Below, one piece after another: positions 1 to 11,422 of a stretch of 64,000 bases of DNA. The notes beneath the pieces were generated by a model. That model saw nothing but the letters and a program-made list of their open reading frames with translations. It did no database searches and was not told the DNA's origin. The translations under genes were made by a program, and so were the position numbers. How positions within the stretch are numbered: the first letter of the stretch is position 1; each line of letters begins with the position of its first letter. Source of the DNA: Tubulanus polymorphus (lineage: Eukaryota > Animalia > Nemertea); contig NC_134027.1 of the NCBI RefSeq assembly GCF_964204645.1, positions 24,266,560 to 24,330,559 of the forward strand, given 5' to 3'.

Positions 1-736
1 TCGAGGATCAGTGGAAGTTGGACGTCGGTTATCGAAATTCGATTCAAACGAAAGCGATCAAATTCGCGAAGTTCGAACCGATTACATTCATTTCAAACAA
101 ACAAATGACGAGATTTGTGTTCGATGCGACTAGCAAGAAACAGGTAACATATTCTAAAATAGTTCTTGATCGAGTGTATTTGTTGGTACCTGCGAAATAC
201 TAATTCTGGACTCCTTCTTATTGGTGAATTGCACCTTTTTTGGTAAAAGATTGAAAATTACTGTATTTATTTTCTTATTCAACTGTCGTATAACATTATG
301 GATCCTATCATGCTTGGTTCTAGTTAGTTACCTAAATCGTTGGTGTGGTAGGTTTAAAATAATCGGGTGGTTTTTGAAAATATTCGATCGTGGAACTATT
401 AAACACAGCACTGGGTCCTGACTTGTTTTGATCTTATGTTTATTGATGTTATAGGTAACGTTGAACTGCGATGCCACCGGATATCCGCTACCAGAAATCC
501 GTTTCTACAAAACACTCAGAATGAATGGTTTGCAAAACTTCGAAAAGAAATCCACCGAGATTAAATCGACGGGTAACAAGAAGGTGGTCATATCTCGTCA
601 ACCGACGCGGGTTATGGCTCGTTTGGTGATCACGTCACCGACAGCAGCTGACGTAGGCGGCAGGTATTCACAGTACACCTGTCGCGCTAAAAACGAATAC
701 ATGGAAAAATTTGGCTTTATGACGCTGGAAAACTAG
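1..736 (+). CDS. 3' end of a secreted Ig-like-domain protein (paralogue 1); exons <1-143 and 455-736
   Basis: Donor CAG|gtaaca after 143, acceptor ttatag| before 455. The last exon reads VTLNCDATGYPLPEIRFYK...YTCRAKNEY...LEN*, an Ig I-set pattern (CxAxGxPxP ... YxCxAxN). Bases 1-143 are closely similar to 3602-3744. AATAAA near 782. Confidence 0.8.
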
Positions 737-1388
737 ATCAGGATGTACGGACGGAAAATTTTTTTAGTAATCCAGAATTGGAATAAATATGTGTGTTTTC
801 TTTTCTACGCATTTCTCAGCGAAACTATACATAACAGTTAACGTAAAATTTACTTTCGATTTTTGACGCTATTTCCAAAGAGTATATACTCTTTGGAAAT
901 GGTGTCATGTAAAACTTGAAATAATGCATCGAAAAGCGGTCTATAATAAACTCTTACGGTAACTGGAAACGTTCAGGCCCTTAGATGATATATTCGTTCA
1001 ATCGTATACTATTTTGGTTCTGTCATTCCTTCGGAATAAAACTAACGTTAAGAAGACTATGTAAAATTTACGAAAAAAAATCTTATTTCCGTCATGAGTT
1101 TTCGTTTTCTCACATTTTTTTCTCACGATTTTTTGTAAATGTAAAATATCAGATACGTATACGTGATTGCGGAGGATACGTTAATTCGAATGTGAATTTT
1201 GACTGATAACGACAACATATTTAGGGCTATACTTTGGAAAATAACCTCTAATTACGATAAACATTACGGAGTGATATGTTAAATGTTGCAATTACCTATA
1301 CGCGGAAAGACAAAACATTTCATTATTTATGATTTTGGCTTGTTTATACACGTTTCTGTCTGGCAGTTTCACACGTAGTGTAGTCACC

Positions 1389-3744
1389 ATGGAGGGGAAG
1401 CTAAGTTTGACATTTCTTACGTTCATGGTGAGTAAATATATCTTTGTTCGATTTAGAAATGTGAATGACGACGCTTTTGTTGATATTCTGAAATGTATCA
1501 TCGACACATTTGTTGTGAACATAGGCCTGTTCCATGTTTTAAGCTTATACTTAGACCAGTCTAAATTCGCCCCGGCCCAATTTGGATCGGACCAAGCGCT
1601 TACACCTGAAAAGCGTCGGTTCCAAATTGGTCTGGTCCATTTCAGACCGGTTTAATTTGGAACGACCCAAAAGAGCGAATCAGGTCGCGTTCCAAATTTT
1701 GGAACTGACTAAATCTCTGTGGTATATATGTATCAAACCCCGTCAATGATTCGTAATCAAGCTGATCGATAGTTTTTTGATTTCATATAATTTCTATGTT
1801 GCCTGAAAATTAATGTATCGGCTTATAGATTATCATTTATCGTGTATTGCTCGCGGTGTTTTTTTATTGTTCTGAAAATAACCTAGAATTTATCATAGAT
1901 TACGAGGTGTCCAGATCGATAGTTTTTTGATTTCATATAATTTCTATGTTGCCTGAAAATTAATGTATCGGTTTATAGATTATCATTTATCGTGTATTGC
2001 TCGCGGTGTTTTTTATTGTTCTGAAAATAACCTAGAATTTATCATAGATTACGAGGTGTCCAGATAAACTACAATCATCAAAATTGTTCAAATAGAAAAC
2101 TGCGACAGGGACTCATAAATCTATCATAGATATAAATTTCGGGGTAAGATACTAATGGCGTCATCTCGCAGGGCAAGAGTCCCAAATTTCTCTTTGTACT
2201 CATGATTGTTTCCACGTTTCGACTTTATCTAAATAGTCATCTTCAGTAAGGTTACAAACAAAATCATGGAAATCCATGAACAAAGATACTAATCAAGAAA
2301 CCACTTTTTTGACCATGTTTTGTTTGTATGAAATGTTACAGGTATGTATCGCGTCGTCTGGTGTTGTTTGGGCAGACGATCAGGATAACGAGTGCTCGGA
2401 TAATCTCGGTTGGATTCGGCGAGTTGAAGTTTCCGAGTACGAACCACTGAAACCGTTCGTCATATCAGTCACCGCTGATACGAGCCTGGAATTAGAAACC
2501 CACTGGTTCGTTACTTTACCTGAACGAGGAGTGCCAGTCATCAATACGGGTAAATTATTCCATCTGTATTTTTCGTATACCTACTAGGTATATTAAAGGA
2601 AGGAAGAAATTTTGTTCTTTTGTTGCTCAATCTTTGAATGTTCGGTGTTGAACCATCTCATACCAGAAAGCCTGAGTCTCAGTATGATGCGAAGATCTCT
2701 GAATTCACGTTTTCAGATACTGGTGATGATGATGGATACGGTAAAATATCTCAACAAACTTCTGGCTCGTCAACAAAAGCACGTTTAGAAGTCGAATCAG
2801 CCCCAGAAACACGAAAAAAACTAGGAACATACCGCCTAACGATAATACTGACCGGCTGCCGAACATACTACATTTATCTTATGATAAAGGCCGGTAAAAT
2901 GGTAATGATGCGCGATATCCCGTTGGGTAGAGCTACCGCATCTCCGGAGACAATAGTGCTGGAAGATACAGTCGATGGTACGGTGACGTTACAGCGACGC
3001 TTGACGTTCGATGTCACTGAAGCGGCCCCGCAATTCTCACGCAGCAAAGCAAGCAGAGGCGTCTTGAGGGCCACATCGGAAGACTGGTACAAATCATTCG
3101 ATCACGACGGTAAAAAAACGAACGATCACAGCACGAACCCGATCATCAATCACGGAACGTATAATAAATGGATCGACGATCTGACCTACGAGACGAGCAC
3201 ATTCGTTAAAATGAACGCTAAACAGATAACAGATGAAAACACCGGCGAATACTGCGTATCAACTGCTTACTCGGATTTAGGCGTCGACAAAGTAGTTGAG
3301 ATTCACACTTCCATGTGTTCACTCATCACCAAGAGAAGCGATTTTGGAAAGATCAGAAACGTACTGTTATATGCAGCTCCGTTGTATCAGAATTTATTGC
3401 GGGATAAAACGGAAGATGTCGGGGTGGTACCAATAAGCAGTAAAGAGAAGACCATTGTCACTGTGTTCTCCGTGGCTTATCCGAGTCCTTATATTCTAAT
3501 GACGAGCAAAAGTGGTCAATTCGTAAAACCAGTTTCGATGATTCGCGCGGAAAACCGTCTCATATCCTATTTCAAAGTGGATGGAAGCCAGTCAGCGATT
3601 TTCGAGGATCAGTGGAAGTTGGATGTCGGTTATCGACATCCCATTCAAACGAAGGCGATCAAATTCGCGCAGTTCGAACCGATTAGATTCATTTCAAACA
3701 ACGAATGGCATAAAACAGTGCTCAATGCGACTAGCAAGACAGAG
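1389..3744 (+). CDS. Secreted Ig-fold-like protein (paralogue 2); exons 1389-1427, 2342-2549, 2717-3744; terminal Ig exon not found
   Basis: The spliced N-terminus MEGKLSLTFLTFM|VCIASSGVVWA is signal-peptide-like. GT-AG junctions keep frame for 425 codons. Contains GEYCVSTA and AYPSP Ig-like motifs. Exon end and following intron are homologous to paralogue 1. Confidence 0.7.
1764..2063. repeat. Near-perfect ~150-bp direct tandem duplication in intron 1 of paralogue 2
   Basis: gatcgatagttttttgatttcat...gattacgaggtgtcca occurs twice back to back. Confidence 0.9.
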
Positions 3745-3775
3745 GTAAGATATTCTAAAATTGTTCGTAATCGTT

Positions 3776-4000
3776 GACGAGAGAAATCCCACAATGATTC
3801 AGTCAAAGATGAAAAATTCTTGAATTGAAGAGATCTATTTTGAGCAACGTTCCGGCTATAAAAACTATTAGCCATCAATTCAAGAATTTTTCACACTTCA
3901 ATTCAAGAATTATTTATCTTTGACTGAATCATTGTTGGGTTTCTCTCGTCATCCATCTCACACGGATAGTGTGTATCTTCTCGACTCATCCTGTTCCCGG
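3776..4000. mobile_element. Fold-back insertion, probable Penelope-like 3' remnant
   Basis: Inverted arms (gacgagagaaatcccacaatgattcagtcaaagat / atctttgactgaatcattgttgggtttctctcgtc) plus a cacacggatagtgtg tail. Flanked by tcgtt on both sides and absent from the homologous intron of paralogue 1. Confidence 0.6.
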
Positions 4001-4242
4001 TCGTTATGTATTTGTACCTGTGGTTTAGTTTCACGGATCGGATATTTACACAAGCCCATCGATTAGGTAACTATCTAGACCCTTTCGATGTTCGAATTGC
4101 ACCATTTATGGTAAATGAATCGAATATGAATTTCAACTCTATTTGAGTTAGATCTTATTCGACAACACTGTGGTATAACACTATAGGTCCTATCATGCTT
4201 TGTTCTAGTTAGTTACCTAAATCGTTGGTGGTAAGCTCTTAC

Positions 4243-6000
4243 AATAAACCATTTTACAGTTGCTAGCCGCCATTTTGTTAGGGTACTTTTGCCCCGTATT
4301 GTTGGGTCATTTTTTTCCCTTTTTAAAAAACCCTCCGTGATGTGTATTGTATCATATTTCATCTGCCCATGGATGGATTTTGACAGTTTCATCAACATTC
4401 AAACCGCATAAATCTCTAGTTTTCAGTTATGTAAAAATCATTTCTCAAATTTACAACAATGCGACATGAGAGCGATATAAAAATCGGTGGTCAGTTTTTG
4501 CCGTGCGCATAGAAATCAAGGGTACTGAAATTTGAAGTTCGTTATTTTCAGAAATAATTTTCTAAAAAATCCAAACATTTCAAGCACTGTGCGCATAAAC
4601 ACCCCCTTTCAGGTGAACTTTGAAATTTTAAGATATCTTTCCTAGTTTTTTTCCTATGGAACTTTAACTGCAGCGCGTGTATTGTCATTCCGAGATTCGG
4701 CGCTGTTTTCTTTGCGTGTATTTCAGTATATGGGTGTTATTTCTTCATTTTCACTACACTTGTCTCTACGGAAAATGGTTTTAATTGTTGGTACGAGTAT
4801 CAGGTTTAAATATCACGTCGTTTATGCAATATAATAGGTCGAAGACATTAGAGATGTTGGGGTTTAAGGGATTTTTCTGTCCAGTTTTAGCAGCGAGACT
4901 GAGCGGCATTTTGATCACGCATTCGAAGTTGCGCGCGGGAAGAGAATATATGGGCCTATATTGAGATGGAAGAAGAAAAGAAATATATCACTCAAAATCG
5001 AGTATGATGACCATTTAAATCAGTAGTCTATCAATAAATTTACATAATCTACTGAAATTAGATGGATGGAGAAGTGGTCAAAAAGCTGGACAAATGGGGT
5101 GGGGCAAATATTCAGCTACTTTCTATGAATACTTTGTATTAAGTACACTCAAGATTGATTAGATTGGGAAGAAAATATAGGAAAATGTTTTCTTGTTTTG
5201 GTGGTGAAATATCAAGTATCAAGTTCGAATGTCAGACGCACGTGATAAAAAGTAAAAAGTGACATCTACCATCACAAAAACGCAAGAAGTGTGTGGATTG
5301 CATTTACAACAAAAGAGTGATATTTTTGGGTTTTCTTGGGTGCATGTACGTAAGCCTCTGCCTGCCGTAAAAGCGGCTACCATTACAGCCATTACGAACT
5401 AGCGCCGGAGAACGGAATACAGTATTAATGCCGTAATATTTAAACCTGATACTCGTACCAACAATTAAAACCATTTTCCGTAGAGACAAGTGTAGTGAAA
5501 ATGAAGAAATAACACCCGTATACTGAAATACACGCAAAGAAAACAGCGCCGAATCTCGGAATGACAATACACGCGCTGCAGTTAAAGTGCCATAAGAAAA
5601 AAACTAGGCAAGATATCTTAAAATTTCAAAGTTCACCTGAAAGGGGGCGTTTATGCGCACAGTGCTTGAAATGTTTGGATTTTTTAGAAAATTATTTCTG
5701 AAAATAACGAAATTTCAGTACCCTGGATTTCTATGCGCACGGCAAAAACTGACCACCGATTTTTATATCGCTCTCATGTCGCATTGTTGTAAATTTGAGA
5801 AATGATTTTTACATAACTGAAAACTAGAGATTTATGCGGTTTGAATGTTGCTGAAGTTGTCAAAATCCATCCAAAGGCAGATGAAATATGATACAATACA
5901 CATCACGGATAGTTAAAAAAAAAACGAAAAAAATGACCCAACAATACGGGACAAAAGTACCCTAACAAAATGGCGGCTAGCAACTGTAAAATGGTTTATT
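4243..6000. mobile_element. Non-autonomous foldback DNA transposon with ~570-bp terminal inverted repeats
   Basis: 4243-~4811 is the reverse complement of ~5437-6000. Termini aataaaccattttacagttgctagccgccattttg / caaaatggcggctagcaactgtaaaatggtttatt. Spacer ~620 bp with no long ORF. Confidence 0.85.
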
Positions 6001-6059
6001 TGATCCGGCATTCATGACCGATATTCATATTTATTCGGGATACTTAGATTAATACTGCA

Positions 6060-6329
6060 AACCTGTAAAATATGAATATTTCAATTGAGGATTAAAACTG
6101 CTAGATAAATATTCACTTTTAAAAGCTGCTTACGATATGCTGACCAACAGGCGGAATTTAACTGACAGATATCTATGATTGCTAAATAACTGCTCTGATG
6201 CTGGCAACAAACTTTTCAATATGTGTCAACTACGGGTGATTTGAATTTTTTTTTTTCAAATCCAAGACGATGAAGTTGATGTTGATGATCATATCGCGTT
6301 TGCTAGTTTTAACTGCTGGTTTCAGCTGA
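6060..6329 (+). pseudogene. Degenerate copy of the WSC gene upstream region plus a stopped signal-peptide-like ORF
   Basis: 6060-6240 aligns by eye with 7925-8125 (atgaatattYcaattgaggatt...gataaatattca...aaaagcWgctYacgat...caacaaact...aactacgggt). It is followed by MKLMLMIISRLLVLTAGFS*. Confidence 0.45.
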
Positions 6330-8217
6330 TCGGCGGTCGAGTTTACAGAATTTTTTGTTTTAATCGAAGTACATAATTGGGAAATTCGGTTCCGGTTCAT
6401 TCAAACAATCTTCCAACCAGTCTGAACCGGCAAGCGAATGATTGGGGTGAATTTTTCTGGCTGCCTAATTTAATACATCGAAATTTTGGAAATAGCTATA
6501 TTACAAGGTGGAGATCATTTTGTCCATTTTTATATTTTTGGTCGTTTTCTACGTGTAAATGGTCCGATAGTTTATTTTAGTTTTTTTCTCGGGTAGATGT
6601 TGATGTCGAAACCAATGTTTAACGTTAATTGGTGAACTTGCGTAGTAGTTTGATCAATAAAACTAAAAATTGAGCTTAACCAGGAACATTGCAACAAAAG
6701 GTTTTTTGATTGATGCCATACCTATTAAGTGTGCTGAACAACATACTAAAAGTCTACCAAATTCTGCTCATAGGAAGTCCCATTTTTCAAGATGGCCACC
6801 AAAGACCTACCTGTAATCAGAAAATCAGCTGATACTCCACAAATATGGATCATAGAGTTAGTTAAATGGCATGTTACCCCATGTTTTCAGGTATAGCGAA
6901 TTCATTAATGATGTTTTTTCAACCCACCCATGGTCACATGACCCAGAAATACAGCACCACCATTACCTATGCAAAATACATATTAAAAATTCCTTTATAT
7001 ATTTGTTTCTATTGGTGCTAACGGTGTCGATATTGGTTTCTACCCTATGTTTTCAGGGTCAGACAATTCATTTTTCATACCTAGGTTTTTCTATCTAAAG
7101 TAATCATGTTACCCAAAAATCCAAGATGGCCATCATTTTAACCTGGTCATGTGACCAATTAAGCAAAGATATCTAACTACCACTCTTTTTGGTAAATTGC
7201 TTAATTTCATGCCGGCATATAATTCAACAACAATTTTTCATCATTCTCTGATATTATGTTAGTTTAAATGTAGATTTTAAATGAGATGGTTTGAGAAGAT
7301 GCGATGACGTCGGGTAATTGGTAACTACTTTTTCAAATTGACGCCTCATTAACTTTCAAGATCTAGTTGCGAATGAGGGTAGTCTCGGCTGTTCCGATTG
7401 GAATTTGTTAATGATAAAATTTAACAATCAGTTCATTCCACCACGTAGCAAGAAGTTGTGAACTCTATTTCCATAGTTAATGTTCCAAATTGCTGATCGG
7501 AGACGCCATGATGCCAATGGATTGTAGTACCATCAATCTTCATCTAGAAAAGGTCTCGTGCTGTTTTGGTTATTAAAAGAGTGATTTTACATGAACCACA
7601 TAGAGAAATAGGCCTACACGACAAACCATACTTTCTGCAAGTGCATCTTTGGGTTCTACAAAAAGTTGTGCAGAAAGGACTTTCATCTTAGATGTGTAGA
7701 AAATCAAAATGCGTAGAGCATTGCGAATTGTTTATTTAAACTCCAAACATTTCCATCGTACATAAAGGAAACTTTAAGTATTTACAAATATTTTCAGAAA
7801 ATTGTAACTTTTAAAACATAACAAACTGCTGGTCCCTAAATCATCATCATTAGTTCATTAATATATTTGTCAAATTTCATATCATTTCTATATTGCCTAA
7901 AAGATTAATTCTGCGAACTTGCAAATTATGAATATTCCAATTGAGGATTGACACTGACTTGATAAATATTCAAATCTACTTGATGAGTATTCAAGCTTAA
8001 AAGCAGCTCACGATCAACAGATTACTGTACTGCTGGTAATATATAACTGATAGATTTCTAGGGGTTGGTCATCGTTCTGAAGCTGACAACAAACTCATCA
8101 GGTAAGCGCGTAAACTACGGGTAACAAGGCAGGAAAACTCATCGTCGATCAAGATAGAAACACGTTCGTTTTCAACTAAATTTAACTCTTAATTTACATT
8201 TCTAAAACAATTTCAGT

Positions 8218-9715
8218 ATGTTTACGAAAACTCTGTTTATCGCGTTAGCCTTGTTTATGGTGGTTGGAGCTGCTGAAGGTATGTATATACATCTAGCCGT
8301 TTCTGATATCTCATTGATGTTTGAGCCGATCAAAAAGAGATGAAATCTTATTTAGCCCTCTTTCGAAATTTCTTTCTATTTTCTGATCTGTTCGTTCGGC
8401 AGCAATACGGAAGTATGTCGGCTGTTATAAAGACGGCACCCATGACAAGAGAGATATGATAGCGAGTGGGGCAGGTGATAGGAAAGGCATGACTGTCGGG
8501 AAATGCATAGCTATTTGTAGGGGCAAAGGTAAGGATGATTCGATTTTTTAAACATTTTTGACACCAATTTACCTTCATGGGTTTCCTAGTATAACCATCA
8601 CAGCCTTCTTCCAGGCGACGCAGCAATGCTTCGAATTTGTCCGAGGTTTCTTCTCGGCTTAGATAAATTCCTGACCTCGGATTCCCGAAAAGGAACTAAA
8701 GATTGAAAATGTTGCATACCAGAATTGTAGTCATTCCGTTAAACGTTAGATGTTTATTGGTAGAATAGCCCCGTACACTCGACGTGGTAAAAAGATAATA
8801 AGTTAAAAACCCACTATACTTTTCAAGAATCAAAATCAAAATACACGACGCTTCGGACTCTCCCAAGAGACCGATCGTCAGGTGTGTTATAGAATATATA
8901 TATAGAATCTGGATCCAGTTCATCCAGTTTCCTCTCAATACCAAGATGCCGTCAAAAGACAGTTGGAGGTCGAGGTCTCCGGCATCTTGCACCATCTCTT
9001 TGGAACTCGCTAAATTTGGACATTCGAAACATCGCTGAACTTTTAACTTTTAAAATCCGCCTGAAACATCATCTTTTTATGAAAGCATATGCACTCTAAT
9101 TCAGTATCACTATCATTAAAACCCTTTCAGTGCGTCTACACCGCAGTGCGGTGTGTAAATCAGTGATGGATTTTGCTAGTACACCGCACTGCGGTGTATT
9201 GATGTAATTAGTAATTTGTAATTATCTCTATTGAAAAATGGCAGCAAGTGTCAAACATAGTGAAATACTAGTAACTAACGATACACCGCACTGCAGTGTA
9301 GACGCACTATAGTGGTATTCCCATTGTTCAACACACTAGGGTGGAATTTTTTAGAATTTTCAAATTTTCTCCAGCACTATAGGGTATTAATTAGTCAGCA
9401 CTGAAAGGGTTTTAAGCGCTGGTGAACATTGTTTCAATGAAACAGGCGCTATACAAATGTGCTATTAGTATCATAATTATTATCTAGTGTGTTTTAAACT
9501 TATTAATACGTACATTTTTTTCAGGATATAGACTTGTCGGTCTCCAGTTCGGTTGGCAATGTTTCTGTAGTAATCGTGTCGGTTTGAATGGTCCGGCAGC
9601 AGAATCTGAATGCAAAATGCGTTGCGCAGGAGACAAGCGAGAAATATGTGGAGGCAATTATAGGAATTCAGTGTATGCCACTTCACGTTCGTCTTATGAT
9701 TTCGTTCTGTACTAA
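8218..9715 (+). CDS. Secreted single-WSC-domain protein, 125 aa; exons 8218-8278, 8403-8528, 9525-9715
   Basis: Spliced product MFTKTLFIALALFMVVGAAEAIRKYVGCYKD...MTVGKCIAICRGKGYRLVGLQFGWQCFCSN...ECKMRCAGDKREICGGNYRNSVY...*. It has a signal peptide and all 8 WSC cysteines with YxGCY, GLQxGxQCxC and CxGxxxExCGG motifs. Two phase-1 GT-AG introns. Not visible in the ORF track. Confidence 0.92.
9116..9415. mobile_element. piggyBac-type MITE (TTAA ends, ccctttcagtg TIR)
   Basis: ttaaaaccctttcagtg...cactgaaagggttttaa. Same family as 46871-47158, 27582-27879 and 19801-20020. Confidence 0.8.
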
Positions 9716-9847
9716 ATTCGATGTTCATCGATTGAGATCCTCAATAAAGATCGATAAAAGATATTACATTTCTTTCACCGTCTTACTTATATATCAAATG
9801 ACATCGGGTGACACAAATAGTACGAGCCCTAGCCTCGTTTATTGCCT

Positions 9848-10256
9848 ATAGTTCAAAGCGGAATGATTTTTAGGATTGACAGCTATGTCCTGGGTTCGAC
9901 CCCGCTTTATCGTCTCTACTTCAAAGCGCTACGAAATGAGGGTTAACATGGATGCCCTGGGTTCGAACCTGGTTCACTGTGGTCTCTGATTTGAAGCGGA
10001 ATTAATTGAGGATTAACAGTGTCCTGGATTCGACCCCGATGTATTGTCTCTAGTTCGAAACGGAATGAATCGAGGATCAACAGGGATGTCCTGGGTTCGA
10101 CCCCGCTTTATTGTCTCTAGTTCAAGCGCTACGAAATGAGGGTAAACATGGATGTCCTGGGTTCGAACCTGGTTTACTGTGACTCTGGTTTGAAGCCGAA
10201 TGAATTAAGGATTAACAGTGTCCTGGTTCGAGCCTGGTTTATTGTCTCTAGTTCAA
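9848..10256 (+). repeat. Tandem array of ~7 units of ~55-62 bp, each with a Pol III B-box-like motif
   Basis: Repeated gaggattaacag..tgtcctgggttcgaMcc..tttattgtctctagttcaaa. GGTTCGANNCC-like motif in each unit. Confidence 0.75.
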
Positions 10257-10559
10257 ATCACATGCGCATACTATCAAATATGAATAAACAAATAACGATC
10301 AAACAAATTTATTATCAAAAAATTTTTCAAGTTGAATTTACACAATATTTCTACAGTAAAACTAAGTTAAGTCAGCATCAAATGTCTTCACACTGTCATT
10401 AAGCCATTTTTGAGTCGCTATTTGTATTTACTCTTCCATTTGCCAGGTGGGTCATTAATTGGATAAGGCGAAAAAGAATTTGTCCCTTGTTTCTCATTTC
10501 TGCTGAGTTTCAAATTTGACCCGGCCAGCCACCTATCTACCCTGTTTTTTTTTCCTTTT

Positions 10560-10702
10560 TACCCCTCAACCCGCTAAGCGCCACGCAGGGCATTATAAGC
10601 GGGTTCGATGTTTCTTTTTCCCAATAGGGGGAGAGACTGGAGAAGAACCTTGACAAGACAAGACCAGTGACCGGCAGCTTAACCCACTCGGCCACTGCGC
10701 CT
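10560..10702 (-). mobile_element. tRNA-derived SINE fragment
   Basis: The minus strand begins ggcgcagtggccgagtgggttaag (A-box, tRNA D-arm-like) and ends toward an A-rich tail. Confidence 0.45.
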
Positions 10703-11422
10703 CTCTCAAAACCTCTCTCTCAACCCTGTACAACTCACGATCAAACTTACCACGATTACAGACCCGTCAGCTGTAGATATAACAAATTTTATTGCAGTTA
10801 ACAAAATGACCCGGCCGATGATAAGGAGAAAACTCATATTACTTTAGTGAGTAATGACTTTTTTCACAATCCCTAGAGGATGACCAGGGCTTCTAGTGGT
10901 CCTATTTTCCTATTTTTTAGTGCTTGTCCTATTTTGTCCTATTTTTATATGAAAAAGTCCTATTTGTCCTATTTTCTCTCATTTTCCAGCTCGTCGACGA
11001 CTTTTTATCGACAAAAATGTTCTTTATATCTTTTCATATGATGTGAAACACCATTTTGAGTGTTTGGTAGAACCTGCAGCATTCATGTTCGATAAGTTCT
11101 GGCTATACAACTTCTTTTCTAATCTTTATATCCTAACATGCCCAATGATTTTGTTCCAAATGTCACATGTTGCAGTGCAACTGGGCTTTGGCTATATGAG
11201 GGTTACAAACCAGAGGTGGTCGAGAAGTCAATCTCTTTTCATCCAAACATTTCTTGATTATAATGCTAATTCTTTTGGGTCCGCCTCAGGTATACATTGC
11301 CAAGTATCACCACAGGGATGCTCTGTTGTGATCTAGCTGTGTGCAGTGACAATACTGAAAGCAATTATGGATTGCTTTGATTGTTGCCACTGCTTTAAAT
11401 ATTGTAACCTTAGACAGGAACA

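Noticed and set aside
5225-5310. THAP-like VCGLH fragment in the foldback spacer
   Set aside because: Too short and frame-broken to support a transposase remnant without a profile search.
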